Positions 1 to 14,097 of a stretch of 64,000 nt of DNA are shown in pieces; position 1 is the first letter of the stretch, and each line of letters opens with the position of its first letter. Under the pieces are notes generated by a model. The model was not told where the DNA came from, made no database searches, and saw only the letters and a list, made by a program, of their open reading frames with translations. Origin of the DNA: Octopus vulgaris (Eukaryota); NCBI GenBank assembly GCA_951406725.2, contig OX597826.1, forward strand, positions 57,536,001 to 57,600,000, read 5' to 3'. Both the position numbers and the translations under genes were made by a program.

Positions 1-1353
1 AAAGAAGATACTAACAGCAAAGAGTTTCAATTAGAGAAAGAAAATAAAAGAAAAGAAAAAGAAAAATTAATTTGAAGCATAGAATTTGATATTCTGGAAC
101 ATATATTTCAAAACACTGATATACATAGATAGACACATACAATCATATACTGTAAAGTTATGTTACATGGGTGTACATACACACACACACACATGCTGGA
201 AAACTGAGATTTAAACTTTCCAAAATAGCAAAATAGGTATGATGTGGTTAGGTGAGGTGTGGTAGTAAAAAAGTCTATAATTGTCACTTTATATGTAATT
301 TTCAAAATAAGTCATCCTCTCTACATCAACCATGTTTTAAAGCCTAAATTTTTCAAGGGTAATAAATAATTCCTGAAGAAGTTGCATCTAGTCTGAAGAA
401 ATGGGAAATCTTTGGGGAGGAGAGGATAGGGAGGGAGGGAAAGGAGTTAGTAAGTAGTTTAGGGTTGGGAGTGGAGAGCTTAAATTTATAATGCAATTAG
501 GGGGTGGAGAGAGAGAAGAGAGTACAATATGGGAGTAAAATAAATAGATGAAATAGATAAATAAGGATAGGGAGAAGACATGAGTGCAGATTGTAAATAA
601 TAAGAAAGTGAAAGTGACTTGGAATAACAGCAATAAAGTATTAAGAAATTAGACGCATACATACTGAAAATAATAATAATATAAATTCATGTTTTCTCGA
701 TCAGCTGTATGTATGTGTGAGTGTGTGTATGAATATGTGTGCATGTGTGTGTTCCTGAATACACACACATATATATATATACATACATATATACACACAA
801 ATCTATTATATGCACAACACATACTTTCACACTGCACACAAATATGTGTGTAATTACTGTGTATATATGTATATAATAATATTAAGAAGAAAAAGGAGAA
901 GAGTATATGAATATATGTATATTACATTGACACATATATACGTATTTCTAGTAATGAATACATAGGCATAAATATGTGTTTGTAAGGACAGATTAGAGAG
1001 AAAAACACACAGACACACACACACAAAGTAGCCATATACATACATACTCTTACACCAGAATGGCATTGTAAGCTATTCAACTAAAAATATCTTGTAGAAT
1101 CTACTGTGTATGATTGAAAAATGTTGGGTATAAAAGCATAAGGAAGCCACATTTCAAGGAATTGATGGGACAAGAGATGGGGCTGCAAGGAATTTCTAAA
1201 TTAAACTTGTCAGTGAAATATATTAGGTTTGTCATAATTTACCATCTTCTGTCAGTGACTGTCGTTTATCCCTATAATTAATTAGTTAGCAGATAGTCTA
1301 GGACTGGAGTTACCTCATGAATGTGTGTGTATGTATGTATATGTCTCAGTATA

Positions 1354-1391
<38 letters not shown>

Positions 1392-4300
1392 CATACATAC
1401 ACTCACATGCACACATACATACATATGCACACATGCACGCCTGAACGAGAAATAAATGACAGTTGGTATGTGGCTGGCTCAATGTCAATGTAGAAGAGCA
1501 TCAAGGAGAGAAATAGGGGAAAAAAGAGAGAGAGAGCGAAAGAAGGAATGAGAGAGGGGGGCGGAAGAGGAGGGCTCAGATGAGGAATGTGAAGAAGTGT
1601 AGGATGACAAAGGAAATTTCAGACAAACTCATAATAGAAAAATGAAGACAGGCAAGAAGAAAAGATAAAAAAGAACAAAAAAATACTTATATAGATGTTG
1701 AGATTAGTCATATATAAAAAAATATATAAGGGATAAATGAATCTCCATAGCTGGCTATTTTCTTCGTTTATTATTATCAATAAGGGCGGTGGTGGTGGTG
1801 GTGGTAGTGGTGGTGGTGGTAGTGAGTAGTAGTAGTAGTAGTAGTAGTAGTTTTAATTGTTTTTCTATTTAGTTTTGTTTTGTTTTGTTTCAAATTTGGA
1901 AATTAGGAAAAGACCTATTATAATATGAAACACACAAAACTGTGAAGTTGGTTAAGCTGGCTGTACACCAAGTTAATTATATGTTAACAGAACAGCAACA
2001 ATATACTAATTTCTACGAGAGTATTTTTAATCAGAATGTGTGTGTGTGAGTGTGTGTGTGTAATAGAAAAGAGAGAGAGAGAGTGAGAAAGGAAAGCAAT
2101 ATGTCAGAAGTAGCAACTCCCAAACAGATTTTGAGACAAATAAAAGAAAAGTTTAACAATGCCGTAACTGAAAATCTAAACGAAAGTCCATCGTTAGAGA
2201 AGTGTTTATTGTGCGCTTTAGAGATGAAAAGGTTTGTTATTTGAAAAAGAAAGAGAAGAAAAGAAAGCCATCTGGTTTGAGAAACTGATCTTAAAGAAGT
2301 GGTTAATTCTTCGCTAAGTTACCATAACGGAACTAGGATTGAGTTGATATACTAAATTTCATTTGTTGATTTCCATGCATGGAACTTCTTTTTTTTTCTC
2401 TCTCTCTCCACTTTCTTCCATCTACTCATTTCCCGCCACCTTCCTTTTAAATCTCAGCTTTTGATGAACTGATTAAAGGAATGAAAGAGATGGGAGTATG
2501 TGAGATGAAACAGCCAAATATAAACAGTCAATTAACTTTTGTGTTATATAGCATTGAAAGGGTTAAGTTTCACTGGTACAACTTCAAATACTGAAGAAGT
2601 CAATAGTGGCTTTTACAGTTTAAACCAGTAAAGCAGATATCTTGTATACAGTGTAATTCAAAGTGAGCTAAAATTCTTCCATTGCATACACAAGACATTT
2701 AAATTTTCCTGTCCATTACTGTTGTTCACAGAATTTTACTAAATCGTATTGGAAATTTAAATTGACCTATAATAAATGCACAAATGTATATAAATATGCA
2801 CCCAAATATATATATGTATGTATGAATGTGTGGGTGTGTGTGTGTGCTGGCATGGGTGTATGGTTGAAAAATTCATTTCATAACCATGTAGCTTTGGGAT
2901 CAGTCCCGCTATGTGGAACTTTGAGCAACACTTAAAAGGAACTCATAAATGCTATTGTGAAGAGCATGGCACAAGCCAACCTGAAGACTTAGTCTTCTAT
3001 GACATGACAAGTATTACACACACATACACACACACACCCACACACACACTTGTATATTTGACAGAATGAGTTTACATAAAAAATAATGTTTTCTTCAAAG
3101 GAAAAAAATTAAGTTTCTGGTCAATGTACATTGCAGCATGTTCAATTCAAGAAAGGAATGGTTGCAAATTAGATTGAATCTGCATCTGATTAGACTGCGT
3201 TAGCAGTTAGCATATTTTTTGAGTAGGTCAAACAAAGATTTCCTAAACAGACAGATAGTAACAAATTTATAGATACATATAGTTAACTGACCCACCACCA
3301 CAACAACCAATGCTACCCCACTCTGGAATTCAAAATGTAACTTTATTTTGTCAACCTCAGAAGGTTAAAAAATGAAGTCAAATTTGGCCAGATTTGAACA
3401 GAAATGAATAAAATTAAATACTCTGAAATATTTACTTCTGTACTCAACCTCTTTTTCTAACTCCCCCAGTCTTTGTTTGACTACATATAAATTATGCTCT
3501 TAGCTAGTAATAATCTTCTATAAACAAAATAACAGTTTTATTCACTTATTTGTTAAACTACTTTACATTTCTGTTTGTTTTTTTTTATGCAAACATTCAT
3601 AGACTTTATTAACTGCAGTTTTCAAGCAGAAAATATGTCAACTGACAGTAACTGAACTCCATTTTCATCACTTGCTGGAAGACTGTGTTACAAATGACAT
3701 TACAGACTTGCCTGTTATTCCATCTTTTTAAATTAGGTACTAAAAATTCTGTTGACCACTATGATTATTTTTAGCTGCACAAAATATGTAATTCAAACTG
3801 TATCAGTGAACTTGTGCCTTTTTTCAGTCTCAAATTTATACATGTAATGTTCAATATCCTTTGTATTAGAATCCTAACAGTTAGTTCACGATTTGTAGAG
3901 GGTTTCATTTATTAATATTTGAGCATTTTTTAATATTTTTATACAAATTGTTTGGAGGAATTATTCTAGTTGGTCATAATAACATTAATCATTCATCTAT
4001 AGAGTTGGTCTTATTGTTAACCTCAAGGACAGCCCTGACTGAGCAGACCTATGATCAAAGGTTTTATAGTGAAGACCATAGTGTTTCAAACCTAGGATTA
4101 TACATTACCCAATGTGCCCTTCCTTTTGCAGATGTTACAGTATAAATTAAAGGAGATTTAACTATTATTTCTAGTAGATCAATCAACCACTCTGAGGTTC
4201 TTTCATTGGCTAGAAAGTAGTTTTGATATCTGGTTTTGTCTCTATAAATTGATACAAGTAAAGTAATATGCTTTACTAAGGAGTACAAAAAAGCAATATG

Positions 4301-4817
4301 TGAAATTATATGACCAGTAGAGCAGCATCTTAACTGAAGAACTAGTGTAACTTTTGTGACAGTGAGAGTGTGCATGTGTGCAAACATGAGTGTGTGTGTG
4401 TGTGTGTGTGTGCTCACATGCATGTGTTAAAGAACTCTAGTAATTTAACAAGATGAAACCATTATATGGTTTCCAATACAAGTTGTGCCTGGCTTATCTT
4501 GCAATTGTTGCTAAAGTTTTACAGAAGGCAGTAATCAGTCTTGCTTCACTTTTGTTCCAGTAAATCAGTAGATTCACACCAATATAAGAAATCAATATGA
4601 AGTTAGGTTTTTAGGGATAATAGCAATGATAATGAGTAGAAAGGAATGTGTATAGATATTGTCAATGATTCTTGAGATTCGGTTTTATAAGTAATGTTGA
4701 AGGTCTGTAAAGGTTAAGGTGACTAAAGCAGGCTTACAAAATGTTCTAACCTTGACCATCCCATCTCTCTCTACATTGTCCAATATATCCTGTCTTAAAA
4801 GATAGTCAGCATGTGAT

Positions 4818-5250
4818 ACTCTCTCTCTCTCTCTTTTACTCTTTTACTTGTTTCAGTCATTTGACTGCGGCCATGCTGGAGCACCGCCTTTAGTCGAGCA
4901 AATCGACCCCAGGACTTATTCTTTGTAAGTCCACTACTTATTCTATCGGTCTCTTTTGCCGAACCACTAAGTGACAGGGACGTAATCACACCAGCATCGG
5001 TTGTCAAGCAATGCTACGGGAACAAACACAGACACACAAACATATACACACATACATATATACATATATATATATACATATATACGACAGGCTTCTTTCA
5101 GTTTCCGTCTACCAAATCCACTCACAAGGCATTAGTCGGCCCAGGGCTATAGCAGAAGACACTTGCCCAAGATGCCACGCAGTGGGACTGAACCTGGAAC
5201 CATGTGGTTGGTAAGCAAGCTACTTACCACACAGCCACTCCTACGCCTAT
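4818..5250 (-). mobile_element. tRNA-derived SINE, family A (full length)
   Basis: On the minus strand: head AGGCGTAGGAGTGGCTGTGTGG (A-box-like) ... GGTTCAGTCCC (B-box-like), CTTGGGCAAGTGTCTT block, internal (TA)/(TG) microsatellite, and tail CAGTCAAATGACTGAAACAAG(TAAAAGAG)n. About 10 near-identical copies occur in the window. Confidence 0.93.
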
Positions 5251-6933
5251 ATGATCTGGAGATGATTTAGTTGTCATTTCTAGCAAGTCAGGTGAACATG
5301 TAGTGGTTTTCTTTATTGGCTCAGATTGAAAAAATAGTTTTGAAAAAAGTAGATAGTATAGTAGGAGACAGAAAAACAAGAAACCAACCATAAAGCGTAT
5401 TCTGTTCCATATACAATGGTTTAGTCATGAATATTTCTGTTATTCTGTATTTCAATTATTTCATCACTAATGATTGCTTCACCACAATGAACCAATAGTG
5501 GCACAGATGTAACAGTAAAGAACATATTACAAAGTGGTTCTGAGTTTTGATTCCACTGGACTAATGTCTTTTACTTTGTGAGTGGAGTTTAGTAAATGGA
5601 GGTAGCATTTTCATATAAGTATAATTTTCACTGTGCTTTATAATACTTTGATGCTAAAAGAAGAAAAAGTTGGGGAGAGGCCTCAATGTGGTTCTTTAAC
5701 CTACTAGAAGCTCATATAACACCCTACCATCTCTTGAATAGGCTGAAAGAATACAGTGAATACTGTGGTACTACATACACTATATCTGAAAAAAAAGATA
5801 GGGTGGTCATAGTTGGAATGCCTTTGATTAGAGCTCTTCTATAACACAACTCACCAGGGGGTGTTAAATAATAACTTTCACTGTGTAATTATCATTACTA
5901 CTTATATTTTCAATACTATGGTCATGTAATACTCATGTTAGCAAAATGTTTAAAAATTGTCACATTAACCATAATTTAGTTAACATACTACATTATCTCT
6001 CCACCTATCTATTTAACATGCAAAGAGAGGATTTATAATATTATCATATCATAAAAAGTATTAAAAAAAAAAAAAACTAAAGTAACAGTAGAAATGCTTA
6101 ATTGTGAATGCTGAAAATTAACTACTTAAACATTTAATGATTTTAACTAATTAAACAAAAAAATAAAATAAATAAAATAAAATAAAGGTTTTTGTTGGTT
6201 AAAATATACTAAGAAGAAAACCAAAAATTAAAAAAGGGAATATCTGGAAGCCATTATGGAAGGAATAGATGCCTATCTCAGTCCCTATTGCAATAAAGTA
6301 CAGCCAGAGAGAGTAATTAACAGAAATTTCATTTATTCTAATAATAGCCATCAGATGACAGAACATAGATTAATGTTTCATGTTCCAATATTGATTAATG
6401 TATTTCAGAAATAACCAAAAATTAAAAAAAAAAAAACTTCTATTTAGTAATTTATTATTATTATTATTGTTATTATTATTATTGCCGTTGTTGTTGGTAT
6501 TGTTCTTTTAGACAAAGAAATTTTATTGCAATAGTTTACATGCCAAAGAAATTTTCTATAAATGGTAAAGCATAATTAAATTGGCATCTGGTAAATAGTT
6601 TTAGTAATGATAAACTATTTAGCAACAATTGTGTTTAAAAAATGACAATTACCTTGTTACTAAATGTATTCATGTAAATGAATATTTACACGTTTCTACT
6701 TCTTTCCATTTGCTAATACAGACACATGCATATGTGTCTGTATATACATGTGTAATCCTTTTGAGCAGGTAGAAATATTTAATATTTCTTCAGATAAAAC
6801 AATATATTGTGTATGAATTACTTTAAGTTAGCTAAATCAATTCTCATGTGAGATTCCCAGGCTATCAATGAAAATTTTCATGGTTAATATTCACATAAAC
6901 CAAGAGTGTTTATTAATGAGTGTGATGATGGCA

Positions 6934-6965
<32 letters not shown>

Positions 6966-8039
6966 GATGAAGAGGAGGGGAGGCAGCATTGAAATGATGA
7001 TGATGGTGATGATTATAAAAAGTTCTTATGGATTAAACTGTATTGCAAAAGTTTGCCGCAAAAGAAAAGATAAAAAGATAAATATAAGGGTGAAAGAAAA
7101 TTTAAAACAAAAGCAAATACAGTAATAAAAATGGTTTGTTTTTTTTTCTCTTTTCATAGCATACTCTCTGAGAGAAACGCAGGTAGTGATTATGTTCCAA
7201 AATATTAATATAGTTTTAAAAGGCCATTTAAATAAAAATTACATTTTTATTGCTTTATTACATGGAGAACTATTGAGATAGTTTCCAATTATTTTCTCCT
7301 TGTGCTCTTGCTGTTATTATCATTTTTATTATTATTATATTATTTTAAATCTTCAAATAATTTTAAAGAGTTAAGTGCATTTAAAGAAGGTAGACATAGC
7401 TTTTGAAGGAAGCTAATATAGTTTCGCCAACTTCAACAGCAATGCAAACTGATGAGCAAAAACAAAATGACAAACGAAAAAGAGTAAGAAATAAACTGTA
7501 AATAAATTTCAATACAGGGTGAGTTGGGGCTTTCTAATGTCAGTCCACTTTATGGCTCAACAGAAATAATAAGGATTTGGCATGCAAATACTCCAAAGTA
7601 CTGTTCAAACCTATGATTGTAAACTGACGTTAGTGGGGAACAATTATTATTGAACTGTTTTTAAATAAGGGGATATCAACAGGATGTAGAGTGTTTGCTC
7701 AACATCATTTATATGGCAGTGGATGGCAGCAGCTGAGGAAAGAATTAAAAAGCTGAAATGCAAAAGCACTCACAGTAAATGTTTGAAAGCTGCCCCAGAG
7801 AACAGGTGTAGGACTTGTTAAACATCTCATGAACGAAATCATACATTCAGATAGTATTGCTAATGACTGTCAACTACCACACTAACAATCACAACAATAA
7901 CATAAGTGAGGCATTAAACAGGAAGGCTTGTGAGGGCTAACATTTATATAGAAATAAAATAATGAGGAAAGAAGTAGAGAAGGCTTATATCTGAATAAAT
8001 AAATTACCAGGGCTTAAACCAGGATCTCATACACACATG

Positions 8040-8070
<31 letters not shown>

Positions 8071-9174
8071 CCATACATACATACATGCACATGCACACAC
8101 ATTTAGTAAAATAGCCTCTCTGTTAAGTGCAAAAGACAATATGTTCATTGAACTGTTTGTTCCCATGATTCTGACAGTAATTATTGAGGTACTATTTCTG
8201 AAATATATTACATGATATTGATTTTTAATACTGAGAATGAAACCACACATTCTGCGGAGAGATTAGAGTCGATTAAATAAACAGGTACATTATTTTATTG
8301 GCTAAGGGAAGGATGAAATGCAAAGTTGACCTCATTGTGATTTGAACTCAGAATGTAAAGAAATACAATGAAATAACACAAAGCAGTCTGACTGACTACC
8401 AGTTCTACCAATCAACAAAATTACTTTCCCAGAGTGCTTCTTTTCAGCTAAGTGGATTGAACTGAAGAATATTGTCTTTGCTAAGACCACAAGACTGGAT
8501 ATGACTGGATATGAATTGTTAACTCCTTATTTTGGAGGATGACAATTTAATGACACAATCAACTAAGACTTCCAATTGTTGAATTAAAAGTAGACATTTC
8601 ACAGTTTAGAAGCTGACAGATAAGTAAAAATCTCCAAAAAGATTTAGAGCAAATAATAAACTTTAAAGAATTAACAATCTGAGTAGCATTCTAAGGTTTT
8701 AATGGTAAATTGCAAATGTAAACAAATAAAGTAGTTTAACGAAAAGAAAATTTAAGATCATGTAGATTTAGCAGGGAAAAATAATTGAGCCTAGTTTTCC
8801 CTTACTTTATAAATTCAAGCTAGTTTTCCTGACTTTTTCATCATTGAATTAACAGAAAAGAATAAAATAGATTGAAAATAAATATTTCTAAAAGTAAACA
8901 GTAAGCTTAGATAGAACATACATAATTTTATAGCAAAGTCAGATTCAACAAATTCGTTGTCAAAATCTTTTCTGGTATGAAAATCCCTCCAGCCCATGAG
9001 AGACTAGTGTCACATCCAGTGGAATATGTCCTACTCATTTATCACCATTTAAAAACTGAACCTACTCAGTTTGTGAGAGGAATTTAAGGAAGAGTAAACT
9101 CCTTATAAATAACACACCAATACATTTCCTCTGAGTTCAAATGACATCAAAATAATAATCCCTTTACATATATA

Positions 9175-9590
9175 CTCTCTCTTTTTACTCTTTTACTTGT
9201 TTCAGTAATTTGACTGCAGCCATGCTGGAGCACCGCCTTTAGTCGAGCAAATTGACCCCGGGACTTATACTTTGTAAGCCCAGCACTTATTCTATCGGTC
9301 TCTTTTGCCGAACCGCTAAGTGACGGGGACATAAACACACCAGCATTGGTTGTCAAGCAATGCTAGGAGGACAAACACAGACACACAACCCCACCCCACA
9401 TATATATATATATATACATATATACGACAGGCTTCTTTCAGTTTCCGTCTACCAAATCCACTCACAAGGCATTGGTCGGCCCGGGACTATAGCAGAAGAC
9501 ACTTGCCCAAGATGCCACGCAGTGGGACTGAACCCGGAACCATGTGGTTGGTAAGCAAACTACTTACCACACAGTCACTCCTGTGCCTAT
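9175..9590 (-). mobile_element. SINE family A (full length)
   Basis: Colinear with 4818-5250 over its whole length; TA-rich flanks. Confidence 0.93.
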
Positions 9591-9615
9591 ATATATAAAA
9601 TATATACATATATTG

Positions 9616-9913
9616 AAGGCATGTGGCTTTGTGGTACAGGTATTCACCTCACGGTAATAAGATCATGAGTTCAATTTTCGGTGGCACATTGTTTTATGTT
9701 GCTCCAGTCCACTCAGCTGGCAAAAATGAGTAGTGCTTGTAAATTCAAAGTGCCAGCCTTGTCACATTCCGTGTCACACTGAATCTCCCTGAGAACTACA
9801 TCAAGGGTACACATGTCTGTGGAGAGCTCAGTCACTTGCATGCTAATTTCATGATCAAGCTGTTTCATTGACTGGCTCAACTGTGATCCTCGTCATGGTA
9901 ACCTATGGAGTGC

Positions 9914-9915
<2 letters not shown>
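9616..9915 (+). mobile_element. tRNA-derived SINE (CORE-like head with family D 3' domain), diverged
   Basis: Head GGCATGTGGCTTTGTGGT...GAGTTCAATT, then GTTGCTCCAGTCCACTCAGCTGG, then a 3' half matching 11135-11310. Confidence 0.75.
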
Positions 9916-9950
<35 letters not shown>

Positions 9951-10136
9951 GGGACTGAGAGAGAAAGAAAGAGAGACAGCATCAGATAAAAGTTACATTT
10001 ATATCAGCCATTGAATTAAAATGAAGGACCCAACTCTGAAATATTTTTGGAAAGAACAACACTATTTTGAATAAGAGCAATATAAAGCAAGATGAGTGAA
10101 GATATTAGGTTGCAGATACGGGGGGGGGGGGGATAA

Positions 10137-10167
<31 letters not shown>

Positions 10168-10704
10168 ATACAATCAATTTGATTTTCATGAAAAATGCAT
10201 GTTTGCTTGCAACTGAAAAGCAGCTTGACAGAATTGCATTAGAACTAACCAATATTCTGACGAAACCAGGTGTTGGTTTGTCAGTTGTCAGGCAAGAAAG
10301 ACGAAGGAGGAAAGGAAAGCGTTGGCGAAGGTGAATGGCGATGGAGAAAAGAGAGAGAAAGATCGAGAGAGAGAGAGAGAGAGAGAGACTGTGAAAACAA
10401 CTAGTTCTTTCCAGCTGTCTGTGTCCAGTTAAAACTGGCCATTGAAGTAAGTATCCGACATTTTGACAGCGAGGCCCTACAAAGGATACACAGAACACAG
10501 CTAACATGCTTGGCAACTCTAACAGTGAGTTAATTATTAATAAGTCCAACCAGAGCTATGGATGATAATCTCATCTTGTGGGCAAAGGAGAGCAGTAAAC
10601 ATGGTCGACATTGCAGTGTTAACTGTGTATAAGTATGTGGTGTGTGAGAAGAGTGAGCATTATGCCTGCATCTGAACATGTGACTGTTTATATGAGCATG
10701 AGCT

Positions 10705-10736
<32 letters not shown>

Positions 10737-10930
10737 ATGCTCTGTTATTTATTTCTGTATGTGTATTGAATTGTGTTGCGTATATGTTAATGCTTCGAGT
10801 GTATAGGTAAGATTTATGTATGCATTACAAGCTGAAGTGAGAGGAGGTTATTCTTGAGCATAAATATCTACATTTCTACATATGTTCATGTCCAAAGTGT
10901 GTTGTGTGAGCATGTATGCATGCAGTAGTG

Positions 10931-11311
10931 GAGGCGCAATGGCCCAGTGGTTAGGGCAGCGGACTCGCGGTCATAGGATCGCGGTTTCGATTCCCAGACC
11001 GGGCGTTGTGAGTGTTTATTGAGCGAAAACACCTAAAAGATCCACGAGGCTCTGGCAGGGGATGGTGGTGATCCCTGCTGTACTCTTTCACCACAACTTT
11101 CTCACTCTTACTTCCTGTTTCTGTTGTACCTGTACTTCAAAGGGCCGGCCTTGTCACTCTCTGTGTCACGCTGAATATCCCCGAGAACTACGTTAAGGGT
11201 ACATGTGTCTGTGGAGTGCTCAGCCACTTACACATTAATTTCATGAGCAGGCTGTTCCATTGATTCGGATCAACCGGAACCCTCATCGTCGTAACCGACG
11301 GAGTGCTTCCA
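10931..11311 (+). mobile_element. tRNA-derived SINE, family D, well preserved
   Basis: tRNA-like head GGCGCAATGGCCCAGTGGTTAGGGCAGCGGACTCGCGGTCATAGGATCGCGGTTTCGATTCCC with A and B boxes but no acceptor stem. The 3' domain is shared with 9740-9915 and 59510-59660. Possible TSD ATGCATGCAGT / ATGCGTGCAGT. Confidence 0.88.
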
Positions 11312-11544
11312 CATGCGTGCAGTGATCTTGTGTGTGTGTGCGTGTGCTGTGATCTTGTGTGTGCGTTTAAATGTGAGTGAGCAAGTGTATGTAGCTATAT
11401 GGTGGGGTGGGCACCAAATGAAAATCGAAGTATAAAAGAAAAGAGGTGTACAAAGATATTTCTAATATACCAACAACAATTTAATTCCATCAGACCATGT
11501 GTGTAATACATGGTCAAACAGTGACAGCCTTTATATTTGGTCCA

Positions 11545-11660
11545 GGGTCGATAAATAAAGTACCAGTTTCGACCTGGGGTCGATGTAATTGACTTAATCC
11601 CTTTATCTTTCCTTGTTTGTCCCCTCTATGTTTAGCCCCCTGTGGGCAATAAAGAAATAG
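11545..11660 (+). mobile_element. SINE family B, 3' half
   Basis: GGGTCGATAAATAAAGTACCAG...GTCCCCTCTATGTTTAGCCCCCTGTGGGCAATAAAGAAATA matches the family B 3' part. Confidence 0.85.
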
Positions 11661-11735
11661 ATATTAAAAGGATTAGAAAAATGAATTAAAACCTTCAAAT
11701 CAAGAAGGAAAATAAGAGAAGGAAATATTAAATAA

Positions 11736-12162
11736 ATAGGTGCATGTGTGGCTGCATGGTAAGAAGTGTGCTTCCTAACCACATGGTTTCAGGTTCAGTC
11801 CCACTGCATGGCACCTTGGGTAAGTGTCTTCTACTACAGCTTCAGGCCAACCAAAGCTTTGTGAGTGAATTTGGTAGACAGAAACTGAAAGAGGCCCATT
11901 GTATATATATATAATATTTTCACATATAATAATTATATATGTGTGTGCGTGTGTGTCTGTGTGTGTGTCTACTATCACTTGACAACCGGTGTTGGTGTGT
12001 TTACGTCCTTGTAACCTAGCATTACAGCAAAAGCAACTGAGAGAATACGTATCAGGCTTTACAAAACAAAATAAGTACTGGGGTCGATTCATTTGACTAA
12101 AATTCTTGAAAACGAGAGCCCCAGCATAACCACAGTCTAATGACTAAAATAAGTAAAAGATT
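11736..12162 (+). mobile_element. SINE family A, older diverged copy
   Basis: Same head, core, microsatellite and tail order as family A, with many CpG-type substitutions. Confidence 0.85.
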
Positions 12163-12644
12163 AAAAAAATAAATAGAAGCTCTACAGAGTCGTTTTAAAA
12201 AGCAACAAAGCAGTTGCTTTATAGAACTCTAATTTGGTCAAATATTTATATATTTTCAAAGTTTTTGCTCACTTGCTTCTTTTTATATTTTCTTTTCTTT
12301 TCAAAAAAAATAAAATAATAATAATCAAATGGAAAGGAAGCCTCTTTGATTATGGTAAGGTTTCTAGAATCGATAAATGTGAAGATTGGGCTAGATAACA
12401 TACATATTTGTTATTGCTGTTACTCAACAAATGAGAGACATTCAACACAACTGATCGACCTGCTAGAAATAGCAGCCAAAGTTCTTCCACTTACACCCCA
12501 CTGTCTTTAGAAAACAGGAAAACAAACATTCATTGGATATACAAAAGAATGGGACCAAAGCAGAAATGCATTTCATCATAGGCTCACTCAGGACTGACCT
12601 AAGACAAAAAAAAAAACATGCTGTCCTCTCTACAATGTTGAGAC

Positions 12645-12830
12645 ATGTGGCTTAGGGTGTTGCTTAGTGGTTAGGGTGTTGGACTCATGATTGTAAGACT
12701 GGTTGTGTTCTTGAGCAAGACACTTTATTTCATGTTGCTCCAGTCCACTCAGCCGGCAAAAACAAGTAATCCTGTGACAGACTGGTGTCTTGTCCAGGTG
12801 GGGAATGTACATGTCATGAAACTGGGAAAC
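12645..12830 (+). mobile_element. CORE-like tRNA SINE, diverged
   Basis: TGGCTTAG...AGTGGTTAGGGTG head followed by TTGTGTTCTTGAGCAAGACACTTTATTTCATGTTGCTCCAGTCCACTCAGC. Confidence 0.65.
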
Positions 12831-13000
12831 TGTCCCTTCCAGTTCACAGCCAGCATCTTATAAAAAGCAAAAGACTGTTAGATAATGTAACCTGAAATAT
12901 AATAACAATCATTGACCTTACTCTTTACTAAAACCTCTGCTTCTCTGAAACATATCTAGTTTCTAATACCTCAGCTCTCTATTGTCCACACTCCATGCCA

Positions 13001-13186
13001 TCTGTTAAACACACCACTCTCACATTTTGCTAAATACACTGCCCCATCCTGTGATAGTGTATTTAACAAATACACTGCCATACACTGTTAAATACACTGC
13101 CCACATCTTCTGTTAAATGCATTGCCAAAACATACCCTATATTAAACACACTGCCCCTGCCCACACCCTGTTTTCAACATACTGCC
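13001..13186. repeat. Degenerate minisatellite (core TGTTAAATACACTGCC)
   Basis: About 7 imperfect copies of the core with variable short spacers. Confidence 0.7.
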
Positions 13187-13751
13187 TGATTCATTGTTAC
13201 AATAAATATTTATACACCTTCCTTTCATGTTCATATTTTATCTCATAAATAACCAATTTGCAATAACATCAAAACTAACAAGCCATTAAGAGAACTTCTT
13301 CACTTGCCCAAATGTGTTTTTAAAATTTTAGAAATGCATGTTCTGCAAGAAGCATGGAGAAAGACACTAAATGTATCCTCAGCCCCAAAGAACTTTGTTA
13401 AAGACTGTCGCTTGGTTCCACTTTTAACACTATTAAACAAATGAGAAATAAAATTGCATCTCAATGGGATAGTAGTGTCACGTGTAACATAAAATGTGAA
13501 GCAATAAAGATGGGATGGGGATGACAAGAAAAGCTGAAGTACAGAGGCTCAGTACAAATTTACATGCTGATTATATTAGGAAACATAAGGGTTTATAGAG
13601 TTAGGTATACCACAGTGTTTGATCAACTATGTTCATCTCATAAATCTGCTTGACCAAACTTCAAATATATTGGAAGAGCAGACAAGTAGATGGTGGACAG
13701 GCAGGGAAAAAACCTAAAATCTAAATGACATTTAATTAATTGAAATACACA

Positions 13752-13820
<69 letters not shown>

Positions 13821-13879
13821 TTGATGCATTCTCAATCATTTCTCAGTATTTTTCCCATATATATATATATATATATATT

Positions 13880-14042
13880 ACACTCACGGAGTGGTTGGCG
13901 TTAGGAAGGGCATCCAGCTGTAGAAACACTGCCAGATAAGTCTGGAGCCTGGTGCAGCCTTCTGGCTTCCCAGATCCCCGGTCGAACCGTCCAACCCATG
14001 CTAGCATGGAGAACGGACGTTAAACGATGATGATGATGATGA

Positions 14043-14045
<3 letters not shown>
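13880..14045 (+). mobile_element. Family C non-autonomous retroelement 3' part, (GAT)n tail
   Basis: GGAGTGGTTGGCGTTAGGAAGGGCATCCAGC...CCAACCCATGCTAGCATGGAGAACGGACGTTAAACG(ATG)n, inserted in (TA)n. Confidence 0.88.

Positions 14046-14097
<52 letters not shown>

Noticed and set aside
4795-5214. Recurrent ORFs such as MTTDAGV...KAVLQHG and ...EDTCPRCHAVGLN
   Set aside because: Chance frames in SINE family A copies, not a gene family.
7445-7490. CTGATGAG...CGAAA hammerhead-like words (similar cases near 2591, 10256 and 18462)
   Set aside because: Missing stem I/II pairing or missing GAAA.
10933-11005. Possible tRNA gene
   Set aside because: A and B boxes are present, but there is no acceptor stem and it continues into a SINE body.
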